DNA of 64,000 nt, taken from Chiloscyllium plagiosum (Eukaryota). The stretch spans positions 97,823,300 through 97,887,299 of the forward strand of contig NC_057718.1 of assembly GCF_004010195.1 (NCBI RefSeq). Reading direction: 5' to 3'. A model generated the notes under the pieces. It did not search any database, had not been told where the DNA came from, and worked only from the letters and a program-made list of their open reading frames with translations. The translations under genes were made by a program, and so were the position numbers. How positions within the stretch are numbered: the first letter of the stretch is position 1; each line of letters opens with the position of its first letter. Positions 36,733-49,937 of this stretch are shown in pieces.

Positions 36733-37469
36733 GATCTATGCACACCAGTTATAAGATATTGGAGACGCTTACTGCAATGCAGTTTCATCAAAATAATTTC
36801 AAGCTTCAGTTGCCAATTGGAAACAGTGTTTGGAAATCTACTTTTTAATTCACAGCTAGATGGCTTTATGTGAAACAAAAAAATCGATAGCCTATCAAAG
36901 CTAAAATGGAAGATCTGAAAGTTCTCCCCTTCCTATAATATTGTCAAGGTAAATGGAGCGAGTGGGACTCACCACTGCATCCTGGAGCAGCTCAGTCCAG
37001 AATGGCTCAGAGTTGTGAGAATTTAAACAAAAGGTCTGACCGTGTTGAAATTTTTTGGAGCATTTAATTTCTCTAATCCACAGCTCCAGGGAGGGCACGC
37101 CCTAATGGGGAGAGGGTGGAATGCAGGAAATCGCAAAGTGCAGGATGTTCAGAAGAACATTGCCATTTAAAGACAAGGATGCAAACTTTTGTCGCCATTA
37201 GAAAAATTTGCCATGTGTCTGCTCCCATTGGGGATGCTTTCAAAATTGGATGGGCAAGCATGTGCAAACAAAGTGAAAGAAAGCTGTCCTGGAGAAATGA
37301 AGTGGACTCTCTGGTCTAGTCGTTCAGGCCTCCTTGTTACCTGCCCTTGGTTGGTAGAGCCAGGCCTGTAGTGCATGCAAGGTGAGACATTATGATAGCA
37401 CTTCAGGGCTCCAAGTTGTCATCGTGCAGTTTACATGCAACATGCTCTTTCTTAATCACTGGCAAGAAC

Positions 37470-37760
37470 CAGCACCAGAGACCCAGGTTCGATTCCAGCC
37501 TTGAGCGGCTGTCTGTGTGGAATTTGCACATTCTCCCAGTTGTCTGTGTGGGTTTCCTCACAGAGTCCAGAGATGTGCAGGTTAGGTGGATTGGCCAGAT
37601 TAAATTGCCCCATCGTGTCCATGGGTGTGCAGGCTAGGTGGACTAGCCATGGGGGTTGCAGGGTTATAGGGTAAGGGGATGAGTCTTGGTGAATGCTCTT
37701 TGGAGGGTTGGTGTGGACTCAATGGGCTGAATGGCCAGTTTCCACACTGTAGGATTCTAA
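37470..37760 (+). mobile_element. HE1-type SINE, 5' clipped
   Basis: B box GGTTCGATTCC, body and tail. Confidence 0.85.
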
Positions 37761-38399
37761 GTGTGTTTGCTGGCAGTAAGGCAAGGACACCTGATGTGGT
37801 TCTGGGGTCTAATGTTCCTTGTTGTACCTTGTATGATTTTGACCCTGGCATGCAAGTGTTAGTCAGCATCCAAAGGGAACAGGCATTTTAAACATGGCTC
37901 TCGCTTTCCACCTGTGGTGCAGCTTTGTACTTGGCTGTCCCACTAGCCTTTGAAATGATTTGGAAGTCAATAAATGGAACTGGATCTTAAACCTCCATTG
38001 GTACCACTGAGAGCCTGTCAATGCTTTGGTTTCACGTCTTGCAGGTGGCTTAGTAAACAATAATATTTGGTGGAAATTTTAATGCAGTCTTCCTGTGGTG
38101 TTTATGAAAGATTAGACTTGGAAAAAGCATGCCACAAGTTTTTGTTCACAGGTTCAGAAATATTATCGAAGGCAATGTAGATGGCAAAAGAAAATCAAAG
38201 TGGTTTCCAGTTTAAGGGCTAACTTGCACACCAAGCTTCTCCTATACCCATTAGCAACAGTCTTCGTAGACTCGCACACCGTTTACAACGTGGAAACGTG
38301 CCACTATTCCAAGTGTTTATCTGCACTCTGATTATCAAATTTCTTACATTGCAGACATTACTTACATCAACAGCAATTATTCAGCTGTAAAATATCGCT

Positions 38400-38585
38400 A
38401 TTCCTTCACTGTCGCTAGGCCAAAATCCTGGCATTCCCTCCCTCAAGGCATTGTGGATCACCCATGGCAGGGGGACTGCAGCGGTTCAAGAAGGCAGCTC
38501 ACCCCCACCTTTTCAAGGGGCAACTAGGGACGGGCAATAAATGCTGGGCCCAACCAGCGACACCCCCATCCCACAAAATGAATTT
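38400..38585 (+). mobile_element. LINE family B 3' tail inside a Deu-SINE tail
   Basis: GGACTGCAGCGGTTCAAGAAGGCAGCTCACC...GGGCAACTAGGGACGGGCAATAAATGCTGG. Confidence 0.75.
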
Positions 38586-38749
38586 TTAAAAAAGTGTTTT
38601 GCAATGTCAAAGGTTGTGAAAACTGCTTCATAGTGTCCTGAAGTTGTGGTAGGTGCTATATAAAAACAATCTTTTCTCTCCAATTTGCCCTGAATTGCTC
38701 TGTTTCTTCAGGGATGCGCTGGGTTTCCCCTTGAATTTGAAGCTTGCTT

Positions 38750-38922
38750 TCTCTCATTAGAGAGTGATGATTGGTGGTGGTTTGACCTGAGGGTCACCGT
38801 GCCTCAGGGACAGGGAGGGATTGAGAGGGAGAATCCATTGTGGTGACCACAGCTGGTGCAGGAATTGAACCCATCCTACTGGTATCACTATGCATTGCAA
38901 ACCAACCAACTGAGCTAGTCGA
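38750..38922 (-). mobile_element. Further tRNA-derived SINE (family D)
   Basis: Reverse complement TAGCTCAGTTGG...GGGTTCAATTCC; related remnants at ~1285/1555-1680 and 56535-56670. Confidence 0.6.
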
Positions 38923-39049
38923 TTCCCTGAATGTAAGGGTATTCCTCTTAAAAGTGTTTTTCCTTGAACATTTCTTGATATATTGAGAATATGTGCTAAA
39001 TTGCACCCTTTCCAGTGGTATCACATCTCTGCTACAGTTCTGGATTCCA

Positions 39050-40350
39050 GAGCTGCAATTGCAAAATTTCAGTCCTCTAGCTGTGGCCTATTGCAGAGGA
39101 ACCTCAATAATCTGAACATTGATTATCCGAACCTTGGATTATCCAAACAAGATTGCGAGGTTCCGATGCTTGGCTAAACTGTGTTATCGGCATTCAATTA
39201 TCTGAACAAAATATGTATTGGAGAGGTTCCTCTGTACATTGTCAATACCTGACTGTGAGTCTGAAGTCGCATGGAGGATACACTGGATATGGATGGCAGA
39301 TTTTCTTCCCTAAAGGGATGAACCAGATGATCGACATTAGCTTTATGATCAGCATTACTGACGTTAGCCTTCAGTTATGGTTTTCTTTTATGAACTGAAT
39401 TCACATTCCACCAGTTGGCATGCTGGGATTTGAACCACTGTCAACAGTGCATTAGCCTGTCTTTCTGTATTGATGGTGGAAGTCAAGTAAGGACCTAGTC
39501 TGTAGGGTTGTTGTTACTCGCGCTCCCATACTGTACAGTAACTCGGGGCAGCATGGTGGCTCAGTGGTCAGCCCTGCTGCCTCGCAGCTTCAGGGACCTG
39601 CGTTCAATTTCAGCCTTGGGTGACTGTCTGTGTGTGGAGCCTGCACATTCTACCTGTGGCAGATGTGGGTACTGCAGATGCTGGAGATTGAGTCAGAATG
39701 AGCTGCAATTGCAAAATTTCAGTCCTCTAGCTGTGGCCTATTGCAGAGGAACCTCAATAATCTGAACATTGATTATCCGAACCTTGGATTATCCAAACAA
39801 GATTGCGAGGTTCCGATGCTTGGCTAAACTGTGTTATCGGCATTCAATTATCTGAACAAAATATGTATTGGAGAGGTTCCTCTGTACATTGTCAATACCT
39901 GACTGTGAGTCTGAAGTCGCATGGAGGATACACTGGATATGGATGGCAGATTTTCTTCCCTAAAGGGATGAACCAGATGATCGACATTAGCTTTATGATC
40001 AGCATTACTGACGTTAGCCTTCAGTTATGGTTTTCTTTTATGAACTGAATTCACATTCCACCAGTTGGCATGCTGGGATTTGAACCACTGTCAACAGTGC
40101 ATTAGCCTGTCTTTCTGTATTGATGGTGGAAGTAAAGTAAGGACCTAGTCTGTAGGGTTGTTGTTACCCGCGCTCCCATACTGTACAGTAACTCGGGGCA
40201 GCATGGTGGCTCAGTGGTCAGCCCTGCTGCCTCACAGCTTCAGGGACCTGCGTTCAATTTCAGCCTTGGGTGACTGTCTGTGTGTGGAGCCTGCACATTC
40301 TACCTGTGGCAGATGTGGGTACTGCAGATGCTGGAGATTAGAGTCAGAAT
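39050..40350. repeat. 650-bp direct tandem duplication
   Basis: 39050-39699 equals 39700-40350 except three substitutions and a 1-bp indel that I could see. Confidence 0.95.
39094..39234. mobile_element. Tigger-like MITE (duplicate at 39744-39884)
   Basis: TIRs CAGAGGAACCTC / GAGGTTCCTCTG|TA; internal ATTATCCGAAC repeats. Confidence 0.75.
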
Positions 40351-40695
40351 TAGAGTGGTGCTGGAAAAGCACAGCAGGTCAGGCAGCATCTGAGGAGCAG
40401 GGAAATTGATGTTCTGGGCAAAAGCCATTCATCAGAAATCAATTTTCCCTGTGTCTGCTTGGGTTTCCTTTGGGTGCTCTGGTTTCCTTCCACAATCCAA
40501 AGATATGCAGGTGAGGGTGAATTGGCCTTGTTAAATTGTCCATAGTAATCAGGGATGTGTAGGTTTGGTGCATTAATCAGGGGTAAATGTAGAGTAATAG
40601 GGTAGGGAAATTGGTTTGGGTGGGATGACTCTTCAGAGGGTCGATTAGGACTTGTTGGGCCAAAAGGCCTGTTTCCACACAGTAGGGATTCTATG
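40196..40695 (+). mobile_element. HE1-type SINE interrupted by PLE family-1 pLTR (~40310-40437)
   Basis: SINE head to ~40305, PLE minus arm, SINE resumes at ~40445. Confidence 0.85.
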
Positions 40696-40699
40696 GAAA

Positions 40700-41165
40700 C
40701 TGTGCTGTCTGGCCGTGTCACATTAAAGGCCTTCGGATCTTCTAATAGTTGCCTGTTTGATGTCCTGGGGGAGGTACCAGTGGGATGACCACATGATCAT
40801 GCAGGTATCCTCCAGGAAGCCACGTCTGCCCAGTATTGAAACCCTGTGCCTGAATAACAGACTGCAATGGTTTGGCCATTGCATCTGGATGCCCAAACAC
40901 ACACCCCTCTCCAAATCCCCCCCAAAAATTGACTGGGTGGAGAAAGCTGGTCATTGCTTGGCATGGCACTTCTGATCAATCAAGGCACAAGGTGGCAGAG
41001 GAAGGAGAAGGAAGCCTCTCCACATTTGCCCACATAATAGCGTGTCTGTGGGAAAACTTGTGGATCCAAACTGGGCTCCTCTGTCATCTGAAAATTCATC
41101 CAGCCCAACAGCATCATTCTGAATTCTGAGGGATGGTCGACAGATTGACATTACTGCCACACAAC
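40700..41165 (+). mobile_element. RTE-clade LINE 3' remnant
   Basis: LPSIETLCLNNRLQWFGHCIWMP resembles the RTE RLRWxGHxxRM motif; downstream Cys/His-like remnant. Confidence 0.65.
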
Positions 41166-41744
41166 CGTGTCTCCTAAAACAGGAACATAAATGTGAAGTT
41201 TATAGCAATTGGAGAATGACCTGTTGAATAATATCACTCTAAGGATTGTAGGAGTTCTGAGAGGTGACTCTCTCCTCCAGCCAACTAAAGATTGAAAAGC
41301 AAAGTGATCTTGACTGTATCAGACACATCACTAAGCCATGTTATTGGTGACTAAAAGCTGTAACTCTTACTTCAGCAGATCATTTGAGTAGATATATTTT
41401 GAACTTGTAGCATGACAAAGTAATGATAACTCTGAGTAATGCTCCATATTCCAGCTAGAAATATCAATCTTAGCTTCCTACGTGACAAAATGTTCAAGAA
41501 GGTCAAAGGTAAATCTTGAGCTGTGCTGATTCTGTCCATCAGGAAAACTTTGTTATTGATGTGGTATTATTGGAAATCAGGAAAGGATCCACAATGAGCA
41601 TCTGCAAGTCAGAGAAATGGCATTACTATCCCACAGCATTTATGAAGAATTGCTTTGAAAAAATACTTTATTGTCCTACTTTCTCTGCTTTTAGACTGCA
41701 GCGTTTTTTTTTAATGCATTGAGAACAGAGTATGAATTATTTTA

Positions 41745-43230
41745 AAATGGATGGAGTGTTGGTTAAGGGTCAGGAAGCAAGGGATAGCCATAAATGGGAC
41801 ATTTTTAAGTTGGCAAGCTATGACAAGTGGACTGTGTGACAAGGATCAAAATGAGGCCCCAGCTATTTGCAGTCTATTTGAGTGACATTGGCAGAGAACC
41901 TGAGAGTAATGTATCCACGTGTGCTGACAGTACAAAGCTAGGTGGGAATATAAGCTGTGAGGGCACAAAAGCTGCCAGGGCTAAAACCATATTTATTCAA
42001 TGGGCAGATGGTGATGGAGAAATGCGAGACTATTCATTTTGGCAGTAGGAATTGAAAAGCAGAATGTTTTATAAAAGGCCAATGAACTTGGCACTATCAA
42101 AAGAATGTGTGTCAGCTGCTGCAATGGCACACTGGTCATGTCGTTGGACAACAATTGACAGTGATTGCATGGTCACCTGTAGACACTCTTTTAATCCTCG
42201 ATTTTATTTTTACTTAATTAAAAGTGCACCATCTGCCATGATTTGAAGGAGCCGGTGTTGGACGGGAGTGTACAAAGTTAAAAATCACACAACATCAGGT
42301 TACAGTCCAACAGGTTTATTTGGAAGCACTAGCTTTCAGAGCACTGCTCCTTCATCAGGTGGTTGTGGAGCTTCCAGATAAACCTGTTGGACTATAACCT
42401 GGCATTGTGCGATTTTCACCCATCTGCCATGGTGGGATCTGAACACACATTCCAAGAGCATTTGCATGTGGTTCTAGGATTACTCATCCAGTAGCATTAC
42501 CACTACACCACTAAGTGTTGATGCCCAGAAGAGCGTGGGTGTGTTTACACAAGTAAACACTTGTAAACCGTAACCAGTTGAAGAAGGCACATGGCATGTT
42601 GACTATTGTTTTGCAATGCACTTAGACTGCAGAAATAAGCAGGTCTTGCTACGGTTATAAATATGTTTGATGAGCCCATGTCTGGAATGCTTGTATCTTG
42701 AGTTTTGCTCCTCACGTCTAAGGAAGGATGGACACACTGCTAGAGATGTTTACGAGATTGGTCCCTGAGATGAGAAGGTAGTCTGTGATGAAAACTGAGC
42801 CCATACTCTCTGGGTTTTAGAAGAGGTGACCTCACTGAAACATATTGAAACGGCTTGAAGAACGCTAAGCGAGGATGTTAAGATTCTGCAAACAGATGTA
42901 CGACCTCCTCCACCACCTGAGCTACAAATCTTTTCAAAACCTCTGATGTTTGCTCTGGCATGGGAATCAAGAACCTGGGAACCCAGTCTCCGGGTAAAGG
43001 GGCTGACTGTTTAGGACAGGGATGAGAAATCTCCAAGACTGTCAAAGACTTTACTCAGAGTTGTGGGTGCGCTAGCACTGAGTATCTATACGGCTGAGAA
43101 CAACAGATCTTTGGCTCCTCATGGAATCAGGGAATTGGAGAGTGGTTCGGAAAGTGGAGCCAGGACCATAGATTGTACTGAATGGGGCAGCAGGCTGCGG
43201 GGTCTTTTCCTACCCCCTTTTCTTAAATGC
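41745..43230 (+). mobile_element. Highly decayed CR1 RT region with nested SINE C and PLE
   Basis: PQLFAVYLSDI...SNVSTCADSTKLGG (RT FADDTKL region); CR1 3' tail at ~43060-43230. Confidence 0.7.
42240..42417. mobile_element. PLE family-2 fold-back cassette
   Basis: Long minus arm, short plus arm; TSD CCATCTGCCATG at 42229-42240 and 42420-42431. Confidence 0.85.
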
Positions 43231-44185
43231 TCAGGAAAAGCTTATGCGTTTTCAGCTGAAGCTGCAGTTGAATGCAGCTCTTAAATTCAAATGGATAGAG
43301 AGTTAAAGGCAGAGTAAGGAGCCTATGATATTCCGCTTACAGAATTAAGACCCACGCTGAATCAAGTAAGGAAAATAATAAGAATAATCCTCATTGCAAA
43401 CGTGATTTAAGTGTCATGAGTAATTGCTCTTTCATAACTGTTAAACTTGAAGCTGGATGAGGAGCTCATGAAGCAATACATTTTGTTTTAACCTTGTTTT
43501 TCAAACTAGGCCTTGATTGATGGGATAAAAGCTGCTGTCTCTCTGATGCTTGATAGGTTTCTATTCAGATTGAATTTGGACAATGCCAGATTAGTGATCA
43601 AGGGACACAGATCATCATGATTCAGTAACTAATGCACTGTATTCATAACCCAGGAGCTAAGATGTGTCAAATGGTTTTTCTCATTTTTAATTACTTGCTG
43701 ACACAGAAATGGCTACAAATGAGGAGCAAAAATATCTCCGTTCTCTATTGCTGCTCTTAAAATTGAGATTAAGCAGTTTGAGGAGCTCTTGACTCTGCCT
43801 CTAACTCCAATTCTCACTTGGATTCCTGCACCATAATAACGATTGTTCTCGCTGCAAGTGTGGTGCTAAAATTAATAGGTTTTATGCTAACCTTGCATAG
43901 AAGCCTGGTGAGACGATACTTGGTCTACTGTAACCAGGATCTGCTCTCCGCCTTATGAAAAGAATATAGAAGTGCTAAAAAAACGGTTTACTAGAATGGT
44001 CCTGGGTCTGAAAGGTTGGACCAACTGAAAAAGATCAGGCAGGTTGGTGTTGGGGAAGAGACTGAGGGGTGACCTATTAGAGATCTCCAAGACACTGAAA
44101 GGGATGAATAATGTAAAGATAGAGATGATGTTTCCACTTGCAAGTAAGACCAGAATAAGATCGAAGGTAAGTATGAATAAATGTT

Positions 44186-44917
44186 ACTGCGCACTAATCG
44201 CCAGATAAGAACGTTCCTTTCCAATCGGGGAACGCATCAGCAGTTAAGGGGCTTCAGCCTCGGATCTTCGGGTAAGCACCTTACAAGGCGGCCTTCAAGA
44301 TACATAACCACGCAGGATCGCTGAGCAGAAACTGATAGCCACGTTCCGTACCCATGAAGATGGCCTCAACCATGATCTTGGGTTCATGTCGCTCTCCATG
44401 TGACCCGACCACACTTCTGTATCTGTAAACTCTTCCTCCCTGTCCTGGTTTGACACCATCACCTTGATAACTTGTTATGATCTCTCTACCTTAATTAGTT
44501 TGTGCAGTTTTAGATTACTTGTTACTTTGGTTTGACCCTTGGCATGTAACTCTTATACCAATCATGTGATTCCAGCCTCCTTGCCTCCAGCACCACCTTA
44601 TTTTTAATTTTTTGTATTTGCTCTCTGCCTCATTTAATCGGATTATAGGTCATCCCTTCTCTTGCTATTCACCTGTGACACTTCACTCACACCATTGGAC
44701 ACTTTCAGTCACCTGCAGAGACTTATTATTCAGCCTGTAGGCACTCCACTGACACCATTTAATCTTTTTGCTCTCTCTGCCCATTGATCTCTCTGCGTCT
44801 AACTGATATATCTGTGTGTTTCTCTTTACTCCAGCAGATGAAGGAACAGTGCTCCGAAAGCTTATGATTTGAAATAAACCTGTTGGATTATAACCTGGTG
44901 TCATGTGACTTCTGACC
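44186..44917 (+). mobile_element. 5'-truncated Penelope-like element family 2: GIY-YIG C-terminus, 3' region and pLTR
   Basis: Frame 44191-44403 SFPIGERISS*GASASDLRVSTLQGGLQDT*PRRIAEQKLIATFRTHEDGLNHDLGFM; ends CAGATGAAGGAACAGTGCTCCGAAAGCTT...AATAAACCTGTTGG; TSD ATGAATAAA at 44173-44181 and 44918-44926. Confidence 0.85.
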
Positions 44918-45159
44918 ATGAATAAAGCTAACCAGGGTAAACCATTTTGTCCAGAGTGAGTCAGTTATAGAAATTGATACCTTGAGGGAGTGTGAAGTGA
45001 ATAGTATGGAGTTGGGGAGTTAGTGATGATGGTACTGGATGAGGAATGGACCAGGTAAACAGTCTAGGACCATGCGTTTGAATCCCACCATGGTGGGCAG
45101 ATAATGAAATTTTAATTAAATAAAAATAAAATCTGAAATTCAAAACTTGCTGACAGGTG

Positions 45160-45465
45160 ACTGTGCAACCCACATCCACCACTTCCTCAGGAAGTTCATT
45201 CCACATGTCAACCACCCTCTGTGTAAATCATTTGCCCCTCATGTCCTACTTACACCTCTCTCCTCTCACCTCAAAAATGTACCCCCTAGGGAAAAGGCGC
45301 CTACCATTAACCCTATCCATACCCCTCATGATTTTATAAACCTCTATCAGGTCGCCTGTCAACCTCCCATGCTCCAGTGAAAAAACTCCCAGCCTATTCA
45401 GCCTCTCCTTATAACTCAAACCTTCCATACCTGGCAACATCCCGGTAAATCTCTCCTGAGCCCTA
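45160..45465 (-). mobile_element. CR1/HER1-type LINE fragment
   Basis: MLPGMEGLSYKERLNRLGVFSLEHGRLTGDLIEVYKIMRGMDRV. Confidence 0.88.
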
Positions 45466-45519
45466 GTCAGAGCTGTCAGACTGAAATGAGAACAAAAGAT
45501 GTTCTTTTTTAATGGCCCA

Positions 45520-45900
45520 TTTTATGAAGCTCATCCCAAACTGTGCTACAGCCAAAGAAGTGCATTTTTAAAAAAAAAGTGTAGTCACTGTGGAAATCTA
45601 GAAAGTTTAGCAGCCAGTTTCTGCACAGCAATGTGATAATGATCAGATAATCCATCATGGTGATGTGACTGTCTTCCAGGACACTAGGGAGAACTGTGCC
45701 ACACTTTGAAAAATTGCCATGGAATGGCCATTCAGGAAGAGAGATGAAGGGCCTGCACTTTACATTTCATTTGCAAGACACCAACGTTTGGTAGAACAGT
45801 GCACCAGGGAGTCAGCTTTGATTTTTGACTGGAGAATTTGGAGTGAGACTTGAACGCAGTCTCCTGAATTCAAGGCAAGATTGCTGCACGACGAGCCTCC
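45520..45900 (-). mobile_element. Deu-domain SINE, near full length
   Basis: ACAGCCAAAGAAGTGCATTTT..GTGTAGTCACTGT..GCAGCCAGTTTCTGCACAGCAA..GAGTGAGACTTGAAC. Confidence 0.7.
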
Positions 45901-48900
45901 CTTTACATTGTTTAACTTTGTCCTGAACATTTGGCGGTTTAATCAATATGCTCAACATTATTAATCACTGTTTGCTTAATGCTGCTGCGTTGAGCTTGTG
46001 GGTTTGTGCACAAGTTAAAATCCCTTACGACCGGTCAGAATAATTGTGAGATGGCTTTATCAACAGGGCTGCAAAATTTAGACTTGCACCAAGTCGTGAA
46101 AGGCTTTTGCAGAGGATTGTCAAAAGTCATTGGGTTGTGAGTTGCAAATAAAGAATAATTAAACTTGTAAGTGGTTTGTACATTGGCTGTAAATGAGATA
46201 ATTGAGGAATAGGCAATAAATGATGGCCCAGCCAGTGACGCCCACATCCCACAAGTGAATAAAAAAGTTGTATTGAAGTGCAGCTATCGTTGTACAGGGA
46301 TATCGTTAATCAATATACATATTGATTAATGATTGCAAATGGTTTATGTGAAAATGAGCTTTGCTTTCAAGCAAGTCAATGTGGAATTCTTATTGCTTAA
46401 TATGTTTTGATACATTTCCTTTGCGCATTATTACATCAATTGGTTGTATCATTATTTCTTGAGTTAACATATGTTTTCGAGCCGAGCTCACAGCAACCTA
46501 CATTTCTGTGGTGCTCATTAGTCACAGAGAGGAATTAGAATGGTTTACTGGATGGTTGTTAAATGATGAGAGGGGTGTCAGAGAGGAGAATGACAAGTTC
46601 CTTTCAAATGGACATGTCATTCTGACTAAACGGTACCAGCACTGTTCTGTGGAACTGATCAGCAATCTCAACAGGGTTTTATTTTCATTCAATTTTAATT
46701 GCACTTGCTTGGGGAGCTTCTCTCCTCCCCTTAATGTATTCGTTCTTTGACAGGAAGCGTTTGCTTTCATTTCAGAGAGCATGTGGCTGGCTCCAAAGGT
46801 CTGTACATTTGCCTGAAAGCACTAAATGTCACTTTAATTAATAATGCTTCATTTGAACTGCACTGATCTTTCTGTAAATGGCTTCCTCTCATTAGACTTT
46901 AGATTCTTTTTCAGAGGGGAACAGTTTACTTTATATCTGATGCTTCAATAATACTAATTTAATTAATCCTTAGACTGAGGTAAGGGTTCTGAAAATAGAC
47001 TCAAGTCATGACTTTGTTTTACACATTTGTGTCTGTGTCCACATGGACGTCGATTCTGGGTGTGGTTCCATGTTTTGAGTCTGTTATGTAAGGTCTTCAG
47101 GAACCTGGAGTAAGCTGGTGATGATGTCACAGCACTGCTCTTCACTGGGGCATAAATAGCACAGTGTGGGCGGAGCCACGGGAATAAGGAGGGAAACATA
47201 TAGAGAGCCGGATTGAAATCTGAAGTCCATTCATGTGAATATCAGAAACACATACAGAAAGAAGCATATGGAGTTGACTGTCATTAGATGAGAGAGTTTA
47301 TAGAATAGAGTTTTATTTATTTAACAATAAGGTTAGAGCCTGATATACCTCTGAAGGATAACATGTATTCGTATTTAATCTTAATATATAATCAACATTG
47401 TTATAAAGAAGGCTAAGCATAAAGGCATTTCTTTGACCTTGCTTTCCCATCAGTCAGCCCAAACTTGTGAATATGAGCATAAACGCACACAAAAAAGGGC
47501 CACATTAATCTTCAAAAAAAAGCTAAATCCTAAATGGCTTTTTTGCTTGATCACACTTTCTCCATAAATATTAACTTAGAACACAGCTGATTGATCCCAT
47601 GAATGTTTCTTTTCATTCTTAAAGGTGTGACAGTGCTGATTATAAATGGAGTGCGCTTAGTGATCAGTCAAAGCTTGATAAGTAACATAAAATACAGTAC
47701 TAAATTCCGGCCTGACAAATATTTTATCAGTTAATTGATTTCATTACGTCAACTGTTGTTTGTCAATGTCAATGTAGGCCCAGGGTTAAAAGCAAAAGCT
47801 TGAAAATTTAGATGAAGTCACATCTTTTAGTTAGCTATGTGGCTGGTTTGAATTCTTTGAATGGTTTTCATGAATCCTTGGATCTCAGTCAAATAAGTCT
47901 TGTGTATCTTGCCACTATCAGTGCTTCAGTAAAATTTGTTATCAGCTGATTTTAATTCTCTCTACAAAAGCATACTTTTGTAATGATGAAATGTGTTTTT
48001 GAAGACAGTTAGTTTGCAAATGGGCCTGTCTGTTTTCTAGGCCACCGTTTTTCAAGTGAATATTATTCCTACCTGTCAGTGAATTGTCTTGTGCTGTTGT
48101 TTGACTGAGAAGCAGGGTTATGAGTATAGTTTTTGCATTCTGCCAATGGTATTGTTGTTTCAGCTGCAGGAAAGTGCTTGAGAGAGAGGCGTAGGGAGAG
48201 GTGTGCATTAAATCACGTTTGCCTCCCACAGTAGAGAATGCATTGATCGTAATGAGGTCACCTTGGTGGATCTTGTAGAATATGAGTTCCCTGACTGGGG
48301 CTGCTAACCTGGTCCCATCAGGGGAGTCCTGGCTGACACACAAAAACAGGGGGCCCTGCTCACTCTGAGAGCTGGCTCTGAGGAAGTTGGATCAGTGCCA
48401 AAGATTTTCCACATGCAAGTGAAGAATATAATCGCAATTTATTGTCACGTGTGCTTTTACCTGAAATATACAGTGATAGGCTTTACAAATCGTCCCACCA
48501 CAGTGCCTGTAATATTGACAGAAGTCATATATATAATAGTTAAGAAGAGTTAAATTGAGAGAATGTTTGTCACAGCTCCTGGTCTGGGGAAAGCTGATTA
48601 TGGAACGATGGAATAATCTGAAGATGCAGTGCACATGAGACCATCATTCTGGGACAGAACCACACACCGGGAGATGTCCACGCTGCTATTCTCCTCCTTT
48701 TGCCTTTAGAAGGTGAGACATATGCTCGAGACTGAGATCAATAGATTTCTACATCATATTGACATCAAGGGATCTGGGGATAGGATAGTAAAATGGCATT
48801 GAGGTAAATGATTTGCCATGAACTAGAATGGTGGAGCGGTGTCAAGGGGCTGAATGGCCTAAACTGGCTCCTTTGTTCCTGTTGCTCCTCTTTTTTCCTA

Positions 48901-49017
48901 CTTTTCCTATGTTCCCTCCAATCCTTGTATCATTACAGCAGACCAACCAGAAGTAAAACTATAGTTAGCCCTGAGGAAGTATTGCAGATAATTCCCAAAA
49001 ACCTCAACAGAGGTTTG

Positions 49018-49340
49018 GGGAGGCACGGTAGCTCAATGGTCAGCACTGTTTCCCTCCCAGCGCCAGGGACCCGGGTTCACTTCCACCCTTGGGCGACCGT
49101 GTGGAGTTTGCGTAATCTCCCTGTAGGTTTCCTCCCACAGTCCAAAGATGTGCAGGTTCGAGTGAATTGGTCATGCTAAATTGCCCATAGTGTCCAGGGA
49201 TGTGCAGGCTAGGTGGGTTAACAGTGGGAAATGCAGGGTTATAGGGATAAGGTGGGTTGGTGGAACTGGGTGGGATGCTGTTTGGAGGCTGAGTATGGAT
49301 TTGATGGGCCGAATGACCTGCTTGCATAGAGATTCTATTC
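49018..49340 (+). mobile_element. HE1-type SINE
   Basis: Head, body and tail recognisable. Confidence 0.85.
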
Positions 49341-49937
49341 ATGATTATAACTATGTGAGAAAACAGTTTCCTGTTTTAATTTGAAGTGTTTCACTCCGTG
49401 AGAATGTGTTTATGTTCATCCTTTTGGAAGAGTTTACCAATTTTGAATGTAGAACCAGAAAGTATTCCTGGTCACTTGCTGTGTGTGGCAGCTTGCACTT
49501 GGTTTGAGTCTGGGGAGTGTGGGTGACAGTAATAAATACAGAGTTGATGATGTGGTCTCGGATTGCACAAATGATCTGATTTGATATCTTCCATAGGCTT
49601 TAGCTATCTGTTCAATTGTTGAACACTTTCAGGAAGAGATTCGCTACAGCATGTCCCAAACTTGTTTTGGCTGAATTAATACTTCCTGGAACTGTGCTGT
49701 GACGCATGTTAATTATATGTTAATTTGATGGACAGGAGCAGAAGTGTTGTGCAATTTTGGACACCTCACACAAGTAAGGATTTAATGGAAGTCAGAGTAC
49801 TTCAGTGAAGTTTCTCTGAACAGATTCCTGGGATTTGGGGCCATCTTACGAGGGAAGGTGGCCATATTGGATTTGCATCCTTTGGTGTTTTGTGGATTCA
49901 AAGCTGGTTAAAATGTTGAAGATTCTGAGGGGAATTT

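Noticed and set aside
36125..36873. 242-aa hydrophobic ORF and Arg/Glu-rich antisense ORF
   Set aside because: Translation of degenerate (CT)n
48685..48720. Possible 3-nt microexon TTTAG|AAG|GTGAGA (similar at ~22890)
   Set aside because: The donor runs into a CR1 remnant and such motifs arise by chance; unsupported without RNA data
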